Source: Eledone cirrhosa
Lineage: Eukaryota
Direction of reading: 5' to 3'
Assembly (NCBI GenBank): GCA_964016885.1
Contig: OZ024753.1
Coordinates: forward strand, 11,408,001-11,472,000
DNA length: 64,000 nucleotides
Below are positions 12,749 to 25,142 of this stretch, piece after piece. A model generated the notes under the pieces. That model was not told the DNA's origin. It did not search any database and saw only the letters and a list, made by a program, of their open reading frames with translations. Position numbers and translations under genes: made by a program. Within the stretch, counting starts at the first letter, position 1. Each line of letters starts with the position of its first letter.

Positions 12749-13626
12749 GAAAGAGCAGCCTTCATGATAACAACAAGGAGAAAGAGCAGCCCTTATGAAA
12801 AATCCCTTCATAGTACCTTCTTTGAGAAAACTGAATTCAGAGATTCACAGACATGGAACTGGTTGAAAAGAGGAGACGTTAAAAAGGCTACAGAAGGAAT
12901 GCTAATGGCTGCGCAAGAGCAGGCCCTCAAAACGAAGTGGTTGAAACACCATATTTACAAGGAGGAGGCTAGCCCACTGTGCAGGATCTGTGGAGAGAGG
13001 AGACTGCGGCTCACATTGTATCCGAGTGTAAAACACCTAGCCCAGACTCACTATAAGGGCTGGAGACATGATGTGATGGGCAGGGTGATCCACTGGCACT
13101 TATGCAAAGTAAACAATTTACCACATTCTAAGAAGTGGTATGAGCATAAGCCAGAGTCGGTGATAGAAAACGATCAGGTGAAGGTGCTGTGGGATTTTAG
13201 GATACAGACGGACAAGACACTGGAATACAATAGACCTGATCTGGTGGTTTTGGACAAGGAAAAAATATCGTGCCTGATTGTGGATGTGGCCTGCCCATTC
13301 GATACGAGAGTGCAAGAGAAGGAGAGGGAGAAAATTAACCGATACCAGGACTTAAAGTGGGAGGTAAAAAGGATTTGGAACTGCCATGAAGTCAAAGTGG
13401 TCCCGATTGTCATAGGCGCACTAGGGACTATCTCAAAAAGTTTCCAGAGATAGTTAAAGAAAATTGGCCCCGCCACGCTTTTTGGAACGCTTCAACAGGC
13501 ATGCTTGCTGGGAACAGCAAGAACCCTCCGATACGTCCTGAATATCTGAAGCTGCAGGTAGTGGCTTGATATTCATTTCAACAAACTTTCCAGTTAACTA
13601 ACATCAATGACTGAGACTCAAAGTAC
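12749..13626 (+). mobile_element. Second, divergent Dong/R4-type LINE family (5'-truncated, frameshifted)
   Basis: AAQEQAL, CRICGE, WRHD, RPDLVV..IVDVACP, KINRYQDL. In-frame stop at 13451. Followed by (TAA)n to 13688. Confidence 0.85.
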
Positions 13627-13691
<65 letters not shown>

Positions 13692-13933
13692 CAGACAACT
13701 AAATTGCAGTGGTGCATCAACCTACTAGAAGTTCTATCAAAACCTCAAGCATCCTTCAAATGTAGTTCTTCATTTATATATTAAAACAATCGAAAATATA
13801 AGATTTATGCCTGGAATATATTAAACATTAGGTTTACTTTATCATTACTTTATGATGACTTTATCATGTCGGCTCAACAAAACGAGAACGGCAAGATAAA
13901 AACAAAACAAAGTAGAATGAAGAAAAAGGAAAC

Positions 13934-13993
<60 letters not shown>

Positions 13994-14184
13994 TTTCTTT
14001 ATTAACCACAAGTGTTTACACAAAGTAAGACATTAAGGACAATACAGGACAATACAGGACGGTACAAATGGACATTTCTGAGTGTAAAAAAACAAACAAA
14101 AACAGAGGATGTAACAAAAAAAGAACAATAAAAAATTCCCCAATAGGAGGGAGACTTCCGAGGGCCATCGTGGATGAAAGACAA

Positions 14185-15087
14185 AGTTAACCACGGCGGG
14201 ATTTGAAATCAGACCATAAAGGGCCGTAGCTCTTTGCTGCAAAGCATGGCGTCCGACCCTCTACCGATACTGCCAATCTACCGCCAATAATAATAATAAT
14301 AATAATAGATTAGTCCAGCCCCGCTTTTTGGAACACTTCAAAAAGCATGCTTGCTGGGAACAGCAAGAACCCTCCGATACGTCCTGAATATCTGAGGCTG
14401 CAGGTAGCGGCTTGATATTCATTTCAACAAACTTTCCAGTTAAATAACATCAAAGACTGAGACTCAAAGAACAATCATAATTATTTATTCTACTTTTAGC
14501 ACAAGGCCAGCAATTATCCAGTACATTACTGGTACTTTATTTTATCGACCCGGTAAGGATGAAAGTTAACCTCGGCAGGATTTGAACTCAGACCGTAAAG
14601 GGACATAACTATGCTAGAAAGCATGTCCGACCCGGTACCGATACTGGCAATTCACCAATAATAAGAATACTACTAATAATTGTTTCTACGTTAGGCACAA
14701 GGCCAGCAAATACTCAGTGTATTACTGGTACTTTATTTTATCGACCCCGTAAGGATGAAAGGCAAAGTTAACCTCGGCGGGATTTGAACTCAGAATGGCA
14801 AGGGCCGTAACTCTATGCGTAAAAGCATGGCGTCCGACCTTCTACCAATACTGCCAGGCACAAGGCCAGTAATTTGGAGGAAGGGAAAGTCGATTAAATC
14901 AACTCCAGTGTATTACTGGTACTTTATTTCATCGACCTCGTAAGGATGAGAGGCAAAGTTAACTGGGACGGATTTGAACTCAGAACGTAAAGGACCATAA
15001 CTCTACGCTGCAAAGCATGGTGTCTGACGCTCTACCGATACTGCCAATAAATAATAATAATAATTGTTTCTACTTTTGGCACAAGGC

Positions 15088-15090
<3 letters not shown>
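14185..15090 (-). mobile_element. Cluster of 4-5 SINE family A copies and fragments
   Basis: Copies at about 14185-14285, 14478-14660, 14677-14855, 14856-15048 and 15060-15090, all on the minus strand. Confidence 0.9.
14308..14478 (+). mobile_element. Short 3' fragment of the second Dong/R4 family
   Basis: Matches about 13463-13626; preceded by (TAA)n. Confidence 0.85.
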
Positions 15091-15118
<28 letters not shown>

Positions 15119-15142
15119 AATAATAATAATAATAGTAATGCC

Positions 15143-15275
15143 TCTAAAGATGCATGTGTGTGTGTGTGTGTGTGAGTATGTGTGTTTTTTTTTTTTGAAC
15201 ATGGCGGACCTTGTTGTCTCTTTAGGTCATTGGTTGTGATTTAGTGATAATTCGTATCAACATAAAGCAAGATGA
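15143..15275 (+). mobile_element. 3' UTR fragment of the first Dong/R4 family
   Basis: Matches 12547-12660; next to (CAA)n/(TAA)n. Confidence 0.8.
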
Positions 15276-16304
15276 AAAGAAATGATGGGCGACATATTGA
15301 AAATAAAAATAAATAATAATAATAATCGAAGTATGAAGTAGAAGGTTTGAAACTTGCTCGCACTTGTACGTAGAATATATAGATCCGAAATAAGTAATAC
15401 AGGGTCTTCTATGGATTGATTTATCGATGTCTCTTCGTCGCCTTACTCAAATCATGAATATTTTACCTGCGGAAACCGCGGAAATCTTAGAATATGAATT
15501 TTTCAAGAGTTTATTATTAACCATATTATTGAATAGTTTCGATTACCCATGAATATCAATTTGTTGTGTCATCGCTAGAAACATATAACGATATGAGTAT
15601 AGCATGCATCAGGTCTAATACATACCGAATTTGCATTCGTTAGCTTGGCCGCAACCTAAAGCTTCGTTAATGCTGTACTAAAATTTGTATATATATATAT
15701 ACATATATATATACAAAATACAAACATTAAATTAAGGGGGCCATGTCAGAGAGACATGCGCCATACTCACTGTAGAAAATGCTCCAATATTTCAATGAAT
15801 AGATCCGAGCATTTTATATCAACTAGAAATTGATTGACATATATATCTAACATAAACATATGAAACAATCACAGGGAATAATTTGTAAAAGTGTGCAAGC
15901 ACACATAGCTAGGTATGTAACTAATTAAAGTTTAACTAGAACTTTCAATATAGATACATTATAAATTGATTGATCTTCCTTATATATATTTCATTAAAGA
16001 AATATATTTCACCATCAGTCGATCCGTAAACGACAGTAGCCAAATCCCAGATTTTCAACAAGGGAGATTTAATTATCTGTGTTTACACAGCAAATCTAAA
16101 TCTGCGAATGACTAGCACACACGTGTTGCATTTTTTTAAAATACACACATCGTACCAGGTTCATCTCAGTGGCGTGAATAGGGTTATTGACAACTAGAAA
16201 TAGCAGCCGAGTCCTTTCAACAATTAGCTCTACAATTAAGGGTCCGTATTTATATCCAAAATGAAATTAAGGGTGTCATGTCAGTGAGACATGCGCCATA
16301 TCCA

Positions 16305-16355
<51 letters not shown>

Positions 16356-16390
16356 AAATATAAAACAAATTTTTGCTTAATACATTTAAT

Positions 16391-16437
16391 TGCTGACGAT
16401 CGTTTCTTCCAGACAACTGTCTGGAATCATCACAGCA
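16391..16437 (-). ncRNA. Type I hammerhead motif (core GUGAUGA variant), family C
   Basis: TGCT-GTGATGA-TTCCAGAC-AGTT-GTCTGGAA-GAA-ACGATCGT-C-AGCA. Lies in a 130-bp island between (TA)n tracts. Confidence 0.75.
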
Positions 16438-16474
16438 TACACAATGTTTAAACAAGTAATTACATTCTTAGTCC

Positions 16475-16547
<73 letters not shown>

Positions 16548-16557
16548 TGCTTAATAT

Positions 16558-16662
16558 AGAAACTAGAATTGTTTCATTCAAAAGAAATCAAATTTAGTTT
16601 ACACTCCACTAAAGTATTGAGTACCTTACTAACTGTGGTTAACCACGAATGAACCCGGGACT
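16558..16662. mobile_element. Fragment of fold-back family D
   Basis: Minus-strand TGATTTCTTTTGAATGAAACAATTCTAG joined to a + strand tail GTATTGAGTACCTTACTAACTGTGGTT..AACCCGGGAC, as at 33287-33350. Confidence 0.7.
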
Positions 16663-16671
16663 CTTTCTCTT

Positions 16672-16704
<33 letters not shown>

Positions 16705-16754
16705 GACACAAGCACACACACACAAGCACACATACACAAGCACACACACACATC

Positions 16755-16968
16755 ATTAGCTTTCTCATATCGCGAAACAAATAATTGTTTCTACTTTTGG
16801 CACAAGGCCAGGAATTAGCCCAGTGTATTACTAAGTTAACCTCAGCGTGTTAACTATGCCTTTCATCCTTACGGGGTCGATAAAATAAAGTACCTGTAAT
16901 ACACTGGTATGATTACTTCTCTTGTGCCAAAAGTAGAAACGGTTATTTGTTTCACGACATAAGAAGGC

Positions 16969-16972
<4 letters not shown>
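16755..16972. repeat. Inverted duplication of a SINE A 3' end plus about 30 bp of flank
   Basis: ATTAGCTTTCTCATATCGCGAAACAAATAA.. mirrors ..TTATTTGTTTCACGACATAAGAAGGCTAAT, and SINE tails face outward on both sides. Confidence 0.8.
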
Positions 16973-17012
<40 letters not shown>

Positions 17013-17199
17013 TAACAAATGGAAACTATATTTATAAAACCATATTTATTTCATTATACATTTTTCAAGGACACCAAAGCAAATTATGGTGCGCTTTCAT
17101 CAGATAAAATATAATACAATATAATATAGATCAGTTTTATAAACAAATATTGACATACCCTTAAAGAATGCGACCATTTCTGTTGGAAGCTCCCGGATA

Positions 17200-17234
<35 letters not shown>

Positions 17235-17587
17235 CAAACATAATTGGAGAGAGAGGGAGAGAAAGAGAGTGAGAGGGAGAAAGAGAGGGAGAAAGAGAAA
17301 GAGAGAGTAACGTTTTAGGTTTGTTCTTTCATACTTGCACTGGTTGGATGTAAGGGCAAAGTTATCACGAGTTCCTGAGATATTAAGTGACTGATCGTAC
17401 AAAATCTTTTCCGTGACGTTTACGCAAATCCGTCGAAGGCCCAACCCCCACGTACTACTGGTACTCATATTCAGCTGAGTGAACCAGATCAACGTAAAAT
17501 GAATTAATTACCTTGGCCAAAGGTACAATGTGTCTCCCTGTCTCTGAATCAAACTTACGACGTTATTACTGTCAACCAGGGTGATGG

Positions 17588-17756
17588 GTTGGTAGTATCG
17601 GTGGAGGGTCGGACTCTATGCTGCAAATCTTTACGTTCTGAGTTCGAATCCCGCCGAGGTTAACTTTGCCTTTCATCTCTAAGGCGTCGATAAAATAAAG
17701 TAACAGTAATGCTCTGAAATAAGTGCTGGCCTTGTGCCCAAAGCAGAAACAGTTAT
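17588..17756 (+). mobile_element. SINE family A
   Basis: A-box-like TGGTAGTATCGG, B box GAGTTCGAATCC, central domain and tail. Confidence 0.9.
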
Positions 17757-18049
17757 TGCTGTCAACCCAACATTCCTAAACACTCACTATAATAAACAAC
17801 TTCACAAACATTCAACAAATATTAAATATTTTAAATAAGTTTGATTGATGAATATTTTCGAAGAAATATTTCTAAAACTGAGCAGCAAAATCTGTTAGTA
17901 TAAACTATATAAGAAATAAACAGAATGAATATTTAGTTAACATACTGTCTACTGCAAAGATCTGTCTGTCATATGATATGATCTGCACACGATGCACACG
18001 ATGTATTTTAACACTTCATTATTCATGATATCTATTCATTATTCATAAT

Positions 18050-18441
18050 GGTGGATTGGCAGTATCGGTAGAGAGTCGGACGCTATGCTTTCCAGCATAG
18101 TTACGTCCCTTTACGATCTGAGTTCAAATCCCGCCGAGGTTGACTTTGCCTTTCATCCTTACGGGGTCGATAAAATAAAGTACCAGTAATGCACTGGGTA
18201 ATTGCTGGCCTTGTGCCAAAAGTAGAAACAATTATTCATGATATCTGTATAAGGGCGGTGGATTGGCAGCATCAGTAGAGGGTCGGACGCCATGCTTTCC
18301 AGCATAGTTACGTCCCTTTACGATCTGAGTTCAAATCCCGCCGAGGTTGACTTTGCCTTTCATCCTTACGGGGTCGATAAAATAAAGTACCAGTAATGCA
18401 TTGGGTACTTACTGGCCTTGTGCCAAAAGTAGAAGCAATTA
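18050..18441 (+). mobile_element. Two tandem full-length SINE A copies with TSDs
   Basis: Copies at 18050-18235 and 18254-18441. TTCATGATATCTGTATAA flanks the second copy, and TTCATGATATCT also occurs at about 18022. Confidence 0.92.
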
Positions 18442-19395
18442 TTCATGATATCTGTATAAATAAAATACCCATTTGCATATGTTGAAAGTTAAAAGCTAAC
18501 CGGCTTTTATCTGTTTTTATGAAAAGTTAAGCGACTGAGAAACAAAACACCTCTATTGATGTTTCTACTCTCAGAAATGCCATAGCTCTCACAGGAGTTC
18601 TTTTGTTCAGTTGAAGGAATTAGAGCAATTTGAAATGACATGGCAAATGCCTCAAGGTTACATCGAGTCCATTGGTTCGCCAAACTAACCAGTTGCTTTA
18701 CCAATCTATATTTTATGGTGCATAATGGGAAAATACTTTGGCATATGAATAAAAATTAAATAAAAACAAGTTTCGTGTTAATCGGAGTACGGGTCACGGA
18801 GATACGGGATTTTTCCGGGTACCTTCATAAATAGAGAGAGAGAAAAAGATAGAGAGAAAGAGATAGTTGTGAGAGAGTATATTGAAAGAGAGACAAGAGA
18901 GAGAAAGAAGGAGACGGAGAAGGATATTGAAGGAAGAGAAAGAGAGAGAGAAAGCTGGTGGTGTTGTTGAATGAAATTATAACACGTCACTTCAAAGAAT
19001 CGAATACAGCATTATTGTATCTATCTCGAATTTGGTGGACTGAATATTAAGTCATATGTATGATATAAGGTGTGTGTGTGTACATAGGTCACAGACAGCA
19101 ACATATGTAACCCCCACCCCCCACCCACCCATATATATATATGGAGCTTCCAATTTTATTTTACATTATATACATGTCTATGTATATTCTAATTATTCAA
19201 ACATTATTTGTAAATGAACGTGATCCAACGGGTAGTCTAGTTTAAGATAACATTACTATCTATCCTGACGCTTTCACTTCACGGAAACATCTCGCCCTAA
19301 CGAGACATTGAAAAAATTAATGCCACCGAAATCGTGATAAGCTCCGGCATGGTGAGCCTTCAGGATCGAGTCTGCCTTTAGAGTATTCCATAGGA

Positions 19396-20375
19396 TTACA
19401 TTCTCATCTCATCTAATCTGTTCCGTAGTCTGGTGGACCGTTGGGGTACCATAAATTGATTTAGCATCCAGCTCCTTCCATTCATATCACTGTCCTGTAG
19501 TCTGGTAGGCTGTTGGAGCGCCACAGATGACCTGGTAACCAGGTCCTTCATTCCTCTCACTGTCCTGTAGTCTGGTGGGGTGTTGGAGCGCCACAGATGA
19601 CCTGGCAACCAGTTCCTTCCATTCTTATCACTGTCCTCTAGTCTGGTGGGCCGTTGGAGCGCCACAGATGACCTGGTAACCAGGTCCTTCATTCCTCTCA
19701 CTGTCCTGTAGTATGGAGGGCCGTTGGAGCGCCACAGATGACCTGGTAACCAGCTCCTTCCACTCCCTTCACTGTCCTGTAGTCTGGTGGCCGTTGGAGC
19801 GCCACAGATGACCTGGTAACCAGGTCCTTCATTCCTCTCACTGTCCTGTAGTCTGGGGGCCATTGGAGCGCCACAGATGATCTGGTAACCAGCTTCTTCC
19901 ATTCCCTTCACTCTCCTGTAGTCTGGTTGGCCGTTGGAGCGCCACAGATGACCGGACAACCAGCTCCTTCCATTCATCTCACTGTCCTGAAGTCTGGTGG
20001 GCCGTTGGAGCGCCACAGATGTCCGGGCAACCAACTCCTTCCATTCATCACACCTCTCCGCCTTCCTCATTGTTGCACCCAGCTTCATGCCTGTCCATTC
20101 TCGGATGGTGTCCTCATATCTATTTGCTGTCTACCTCTCTTCCACCCTCACTTGTACTGTTCCCTGCAGGACAGTCTTGGCAATGCCCTCAAGATCTTGT
20201 CACGTGCCCGTACCATCTCAATTTGCGTTTTGTTACAATGATCAGCAGATTTTCGTAGGGCGCGATGGCTTGCCAAATTCTGTTTCGTACCTTCTCAATG
20301 GAGATGCGGTCTCTGTAGGTAATACCAAGGAGCTTTCTGAAGCATCTTATCTCCCCAGCCTGTAGTCTTCTTCCC
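19396..20375 (-). mobile_element. RTE-clade LINE 3' fragment with amplified terminus
   Basis: Minus strand encodes RHLRISYRDRISIE, ILRALPRLSCR (frameshifted) and TMRKAERCDEWKELVART. Short GATGA-type tail. Confidence 0.7.
19410..20050. repeat. About 70-bp tandem repeat (8 units plus one diverged), with a 141-bp higher-order dimer
   Basis: The T(G/C)TCCT anchor recurs at 19491, 19561, 19632, 19702, 19773, 19842, 19912 and 19983. Confidence 0.95.
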
Positions 20376-20569
20376 AGAAGGATTATATTAGCAACAGTAT
20401 TAATTAATTATTTAAATGTTAAGATGTGATAAAACAAGATGTCTTTCCTAACATTTACTAAAGCTTCACGTGTTGTGTTTTGTGTTTACGTATCCGGTTA
20501 TTGATTCTGTTTACAGTGTAGTATTGAAGATTAGAAGAAATTCTTAAAGTTGCCAATGTTTATAAAGCT

Positions 20570-21895
20570 GTTGTTACAGCCATCTTATGATGTTACTGTC
20601 GCTGCTGTATTTGTCGATCTTTTAACAATGGCTTCTATCAACGCCGCTGTTGTTGTTACAAATACCAATGCTGCTGTTGCTGCTTCTGTTGTTGCTGTTG
20701 CTGTTGTTGTTGCTGCTGTTGCTGTTACTGTTGTTGTTCCTGATGTTACTGTTGCTGTTGTTGCTGCTGCTGTTGTTGTTGCTGTTGTTGCTGCTGCTGT
20801 TACTGTTGCTGTTGTTGCTGCTGCTGCTTCTGTTACTGTTGTTGTTGCTGCTGCTTCTGTTACTGCTGCTGTTACTGTTGCTGCTGTTACTGTCGCTGTT
20901 ACTGTTGCTGCTGTTACTGTTGCTGTTGTTGTTGCTGCTGTTACTGTTGCTGTTGTTGTTGCTGCTGTTACTGTTACTGCTGCTGTTACTGTTGCTGCTG
21001 TTACTGTCGCTGTTGTTGCTGCTGCTGTTACTGCTGTTACTGTTCTTGTTCCTGTTGTTGATTTTGTTATTGTTGCTGATATTGTTGCTGTTGTTGTTGT
21101 TGCTGCTGTTACTATTGCTGTTGTTGTTCCTGTTGCTGCTTTTGTTATTGTTGCTGTTATTGTTGTTCCTGTTGCTGCTGCTGTTGCTGTTACTCTTACT
21201 CTTACTTACTGTAGTTGCAGCTGTTGTTACAACTGTTGCTGTTGCTGTTAGAGCCACCAATGTTGCTGCTGTTCTTGCTGCTGCTGTTGTTATTGTTGTT
21301 TCTGTTGTTGCTAAAGTAACATATACCGTTACCGTGGCTGTTATTTCTGTTGTTATTATGCTGTTGTTGTTGGTGGTATTGTTGTTGTTGTTGATGTTGC
21401 TATTGTTGTTGAATGTGGTGTTGTTGTTGTTGTTGTTGATGTTGGTATTGTTGTTGAATGTGGTGTTGTTGTCGGTGTTGTTGTTGTTGATGTTGGTATT
21501 GTTGTTGAATTTAGTGTTGTTGTCGGTCTTGTTGTTGTTGTTGAGTTTGGTGTTGTTGTCGGTGGTATTGCTGTTGTTGTTGATGTTGGTATTGTTGTTG
21601 AATTTGGTGTTGTTGTTGTTGTTGATGTTCTTGGTATTGTTGTTGAATTTTGTGTTGTCGGTGGTATTGCTGCTGTTGTTGTTGTTTGTAGTGTTGTTGT
21701 TGTTGATGTTGTTGTTGAATTTGGTGTTGTTGTTGTTGATGTTGTTGTCGGTGAAGTTGTTGTTGAATTTGGTGTTGTTGTTGATGTTGTTGTCGGTGGT
21801 ATTGCTGTTGTTACTGGTGTTCTTGGTATTGTTGAATTTGGCGTTGTTGTCGGTGGTATTGCTGTTGATGTTGTTGGTATTGTTGTTGTGGTGGT
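20570..21895. repeat. Degenerate (GTT/GCT)n trinucleotide tract
   Basis: Seen directly; produces the poly-L, poly-VA and poly-NS ORFs. Confidence 0.95.
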
Positions 21896-22392
21896 TACAT
21901 ATCTACTCTGACTACGATAGATGAGGTAGTCCTAGACACATTGTCTTCATATATAACATCTATAAACTCTACACATACACACAGACACACACAACCACAA
22001 ACACACAGCCACAAACACACACAACCATAAACACACGTACACACACAACCACAAACACACACAACCACAAAGACATACACAACTACAAACACCCAGCCAC
22101 ACATAACCACAACCATAGACACAACCACAACCACTGACATGCAGGTGTTGCTGTAAATACTATTTAACTATTACATCAACTTCCATTAATTCACATAAAT
22201 GAAGGAGAAATACATAAACATCGCTAAAATATATTTATGGATAAAATGTGTTTACAAAACATCTTCACATGTAGATCTGCATAGTGATACAATAGAAGTA
22301 GGATTTTATGAAGGTGTACATATAAATATACAGACACACACACACAAACGTATATATATATATACACATATATATAAATATACCCCCCCCCC

Positions 22393-22443
<51 letters not shown>

Positions 22444-22496
22444 ATATATATAAATAAATTAGACAATTATCAAAGTTGTGTTCAAATCATTTAATA

Positions 22497-22541
22497 GCTG
22501 ACAATCGTTTCTTCCAAACTCTCGTTTGAAGTCATCGGAGC
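22497..22541 (-). ncRNA. Type I hammerhead motif (core CCGAUGA variant), family C
   Basis: GCT-CCGATGA-CTTCAAAC-GAGA-GTTTGGAA-GAA-ACGATTGT-C-AGC. Homologous to 16391-16437 with covarying stem II. Confidence 0.7.
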
Positions 22542-23339
22542 ATTATCAATGTTTGCACTTATAATTAACTCCCTGTTCAACTGAACAATAATATAGATAC
22601 ATATATATTGATGTTGTGAGCAACAGTTTCGTATTTACAGGGTGGAATTGATGTGACATATTTTACGAGAATTGTACAATAATTGTACAAACATTTAAAT
22701 TCAAATTCAAATTAAAATCAAAAGCACGGAGTGGAATACATGCAACAGATTTTGAACTCAGGCCGTAAAGGGACATAATTCTATGCTGCAAAGCATGGTG
22801 TCTGCCGCTCTACTGGTACTGCCAATAATAATAATAAGAAGAAGAAGAAAAGGAAAAAGACAAAGAAGCAACAACAAAAACAACACATCTTTTTAACAGA
22901 AAATGTCATCTTCCCTAAAGCGACAAAACACCTGTAAACATATGAGTCATATGGTTGTAATGATCAGCTTCAAGTCAAAAATGTTATTTGGACAGATTGT
23001 CACAAGCAGAACTTAAGAATATCTTGAATAAACTGAATAAATATAAAAGTTGTTGACACTCTACGACATATCTGGATTGAGAAATGTTGGGAGGCTTATA
23101 AAATATCACTTATTTTACGAAAGGCTTTATCTGTTAGTATGAAACCATCGAAAACTCCATTGGTTTTGAATAATGGGAAATATTCTTAAAGTGTTTCCCA
23201 TACGTCTATCAAGATCATTAAATGGAATTATATCTTATAGCTATATAATGTGTGGTTAAACTAGTGATCATCTCTTTTATGTGGAATATTTAAAGCTCTT
23301 AGTAAAAATGACAAGCATTTATAAAACATATTATCAATT

Positions 23340-23525
23340 GTGGATTGGCAGTATCGGTAGAGGGTCGGACGCCATACTTTCCAGCATAGAGTTACGTCCC
23401 TTTACGGACTTAGTTCAAATCCCTCCAAAGTTAACTTTGCCTCTCATCCTTACGAGGTCGATAAAATAAAGTACCAGTAATGTACTAGGCAATTGGTGGC
23501 CATGTGCCAAAAGCAGAAACAATTA
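23340..23525 (+). mobile_element. SINE family A with TSD
   Basis: TATCAATTGTG on both sides. Confidence 0.9.
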
Positions 23526-23610
23526 TCAATTGTGAAACAATTCCGTGAAGGCAAAGCTACCTTCATAAGTTGGGAACTGTCAAAAACATCCAAGATTGAA
23601 CTTGATTAAT

Positions 23611-24110
23611 CGTCATCATCAACATCCGGCGGCCACAGCCGAAATCGACTCAACAATTGATCTCCACATTGGTCTGTCGTTCATTGCCGTTGCCAAATCC
23701 TGGATTTCAGTACCAGAATCTCTGAAGATGACACCGGGATAAGAGAGCTTGCGCCCCCTGTTATTAGTGACTGCTTGTGGTTTCCAAAGCACTAATGAGG
23801 GCACAGCCTCATAGGTGGCACGATGGCAGTGGCCAGCAAATCTTACTCTCCTTTTACATACAACGACAGATATGCGTGTGAGACCGGCTTATATTTCTTT
23901 CAAAGCAAACAAACAGCAGTGATATCCAGAAAGTCAAGGATTTCAAGTATCTTGGGTCCTGCATAATGGTCTCTGAAAAGGATTTTCGCCACCAGAAACG
24001 TCCACGCATGGTCAGCTTGCAACAAGATGGATCGAGTTTGGCTCTCAAATCTTTCAACCAATCTTGCTATATGAAAGTGAAGCATGGAAGCTTTCATCCA
24101 AGCAACAAAA
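23611..24110 (-). mobile_element. RTE-clade LINE 3' fragment (decayed)
   Basis: RVRFAGHCHR..SLVLWKP..RGRKLSY..AMNDRPMWRSIV, with a (GAT)n-like tail. Confidence 0.75.
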
Positions 24111-24439
24111 GCGCCTTGGTGGCACCTACACTTGAATAATAAACTCTTCTAAATGAGTTAAAACCAGAAGGGTTACAAATATTTAGAGGTATATGAAGGG
24201 TATATAATTAAATACTCAAGGATGAAGGAAATGATCAGAAAAGAATGCTTTGCTGGGTAGGGATTTACTCTAAATAGAACTAAAGCAATTTAATGCATTT
24301 GCCAAGCCATTCAGCTTGTAACTTATAGTTTCAGTGTTATTAAAATTGATCATAAGCTTGATAGAAAATTTTGGAATTTTTTCACGATTAATAAAATTCA
24401 CCAAGATAAACGGACCTAGATCTACTTTATTTACTCCCG

Positions 24440-24518
<79 letters not shown>

Positions 24519-24699
24519 AAACATATCATGGACTCTTCCAGCTTGAATTATCCTTGGACATTGTCAAGATTGGCCTAATCTCTAATCTGAGAGACTCGGA
24601 TGACTGGATACTAAAAACATGTTTCCAAGCACCAACACTTATTTATATTCAGTAACAAAAGAGGCAAAAATATATTTAAATGCATTCCAAATACAAGTC

Positions 24700-25142
24700 C
24701 GTGTCGGTTAACTGCAGAGCAATGTGTCCGATGCTCTAACGATCCCGCCAATTCAATAATAATAATTGTTTCTACTTTTGGCATGAGGCCAGCAATTACC
24801 TCAGTGTATTACTGGTACTTTATTTTATCGACCCCGTAAGGCTGAAAGGCAAAGTTAACCTCGGTGGGATTTGATCTCAGACCGTAAAGGGCCGTAACTC
24901 TATGCTGCAGAGCATGGCGTCCGACCATCTACCGATACTGCCAATAACAATAATATAATTGTTTCTACTTTTGGCACAAGGCCAATAATTATCCCAGTGT
25001 ATTACTGGTACTTTATTTTATCGACCTCCCCGTAAGGCTGAAAGGCAAAGTTAACCTCGGCGGGATTTGAAATCAGACCGTAAAGGGCCGTAACTCTATG
25101 CTGCAGAGCAAGGCGCCCGACCCTCTACCGATACTGCCAATA
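24700..25142 (-). mobile_element. Tandem SINE A copies (fragment plus two full copies)
   Basis: Full copies at 24763-24945 and 24956-25142. Confidence 0.9.

Noticed and set aside
15728-16308. About 45-bp direct repeat (15730-15774 and 16267-16308) as LTRs
   Set aside because: Too short, with no TG..CA ends, PBS or PPT; probably local duplication.
18050-18135. tRNA gene
   Set aside because: The A/B boxes belong to SINE heads; no complete cloverleaf, and the sequence continues into the SINE body.
19410-20050. CRISPR-like regular array
   Set aside because: No unique spacers; whole units repeat; derived from a LINE 3' end in eukaryotic DNA.
20550-21924. 424-aa poly-Leu and 233-aa Val/Ala ORFs
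   Set aside because: Stop-free because of trinucleotide composition; no domain or splice evidence.
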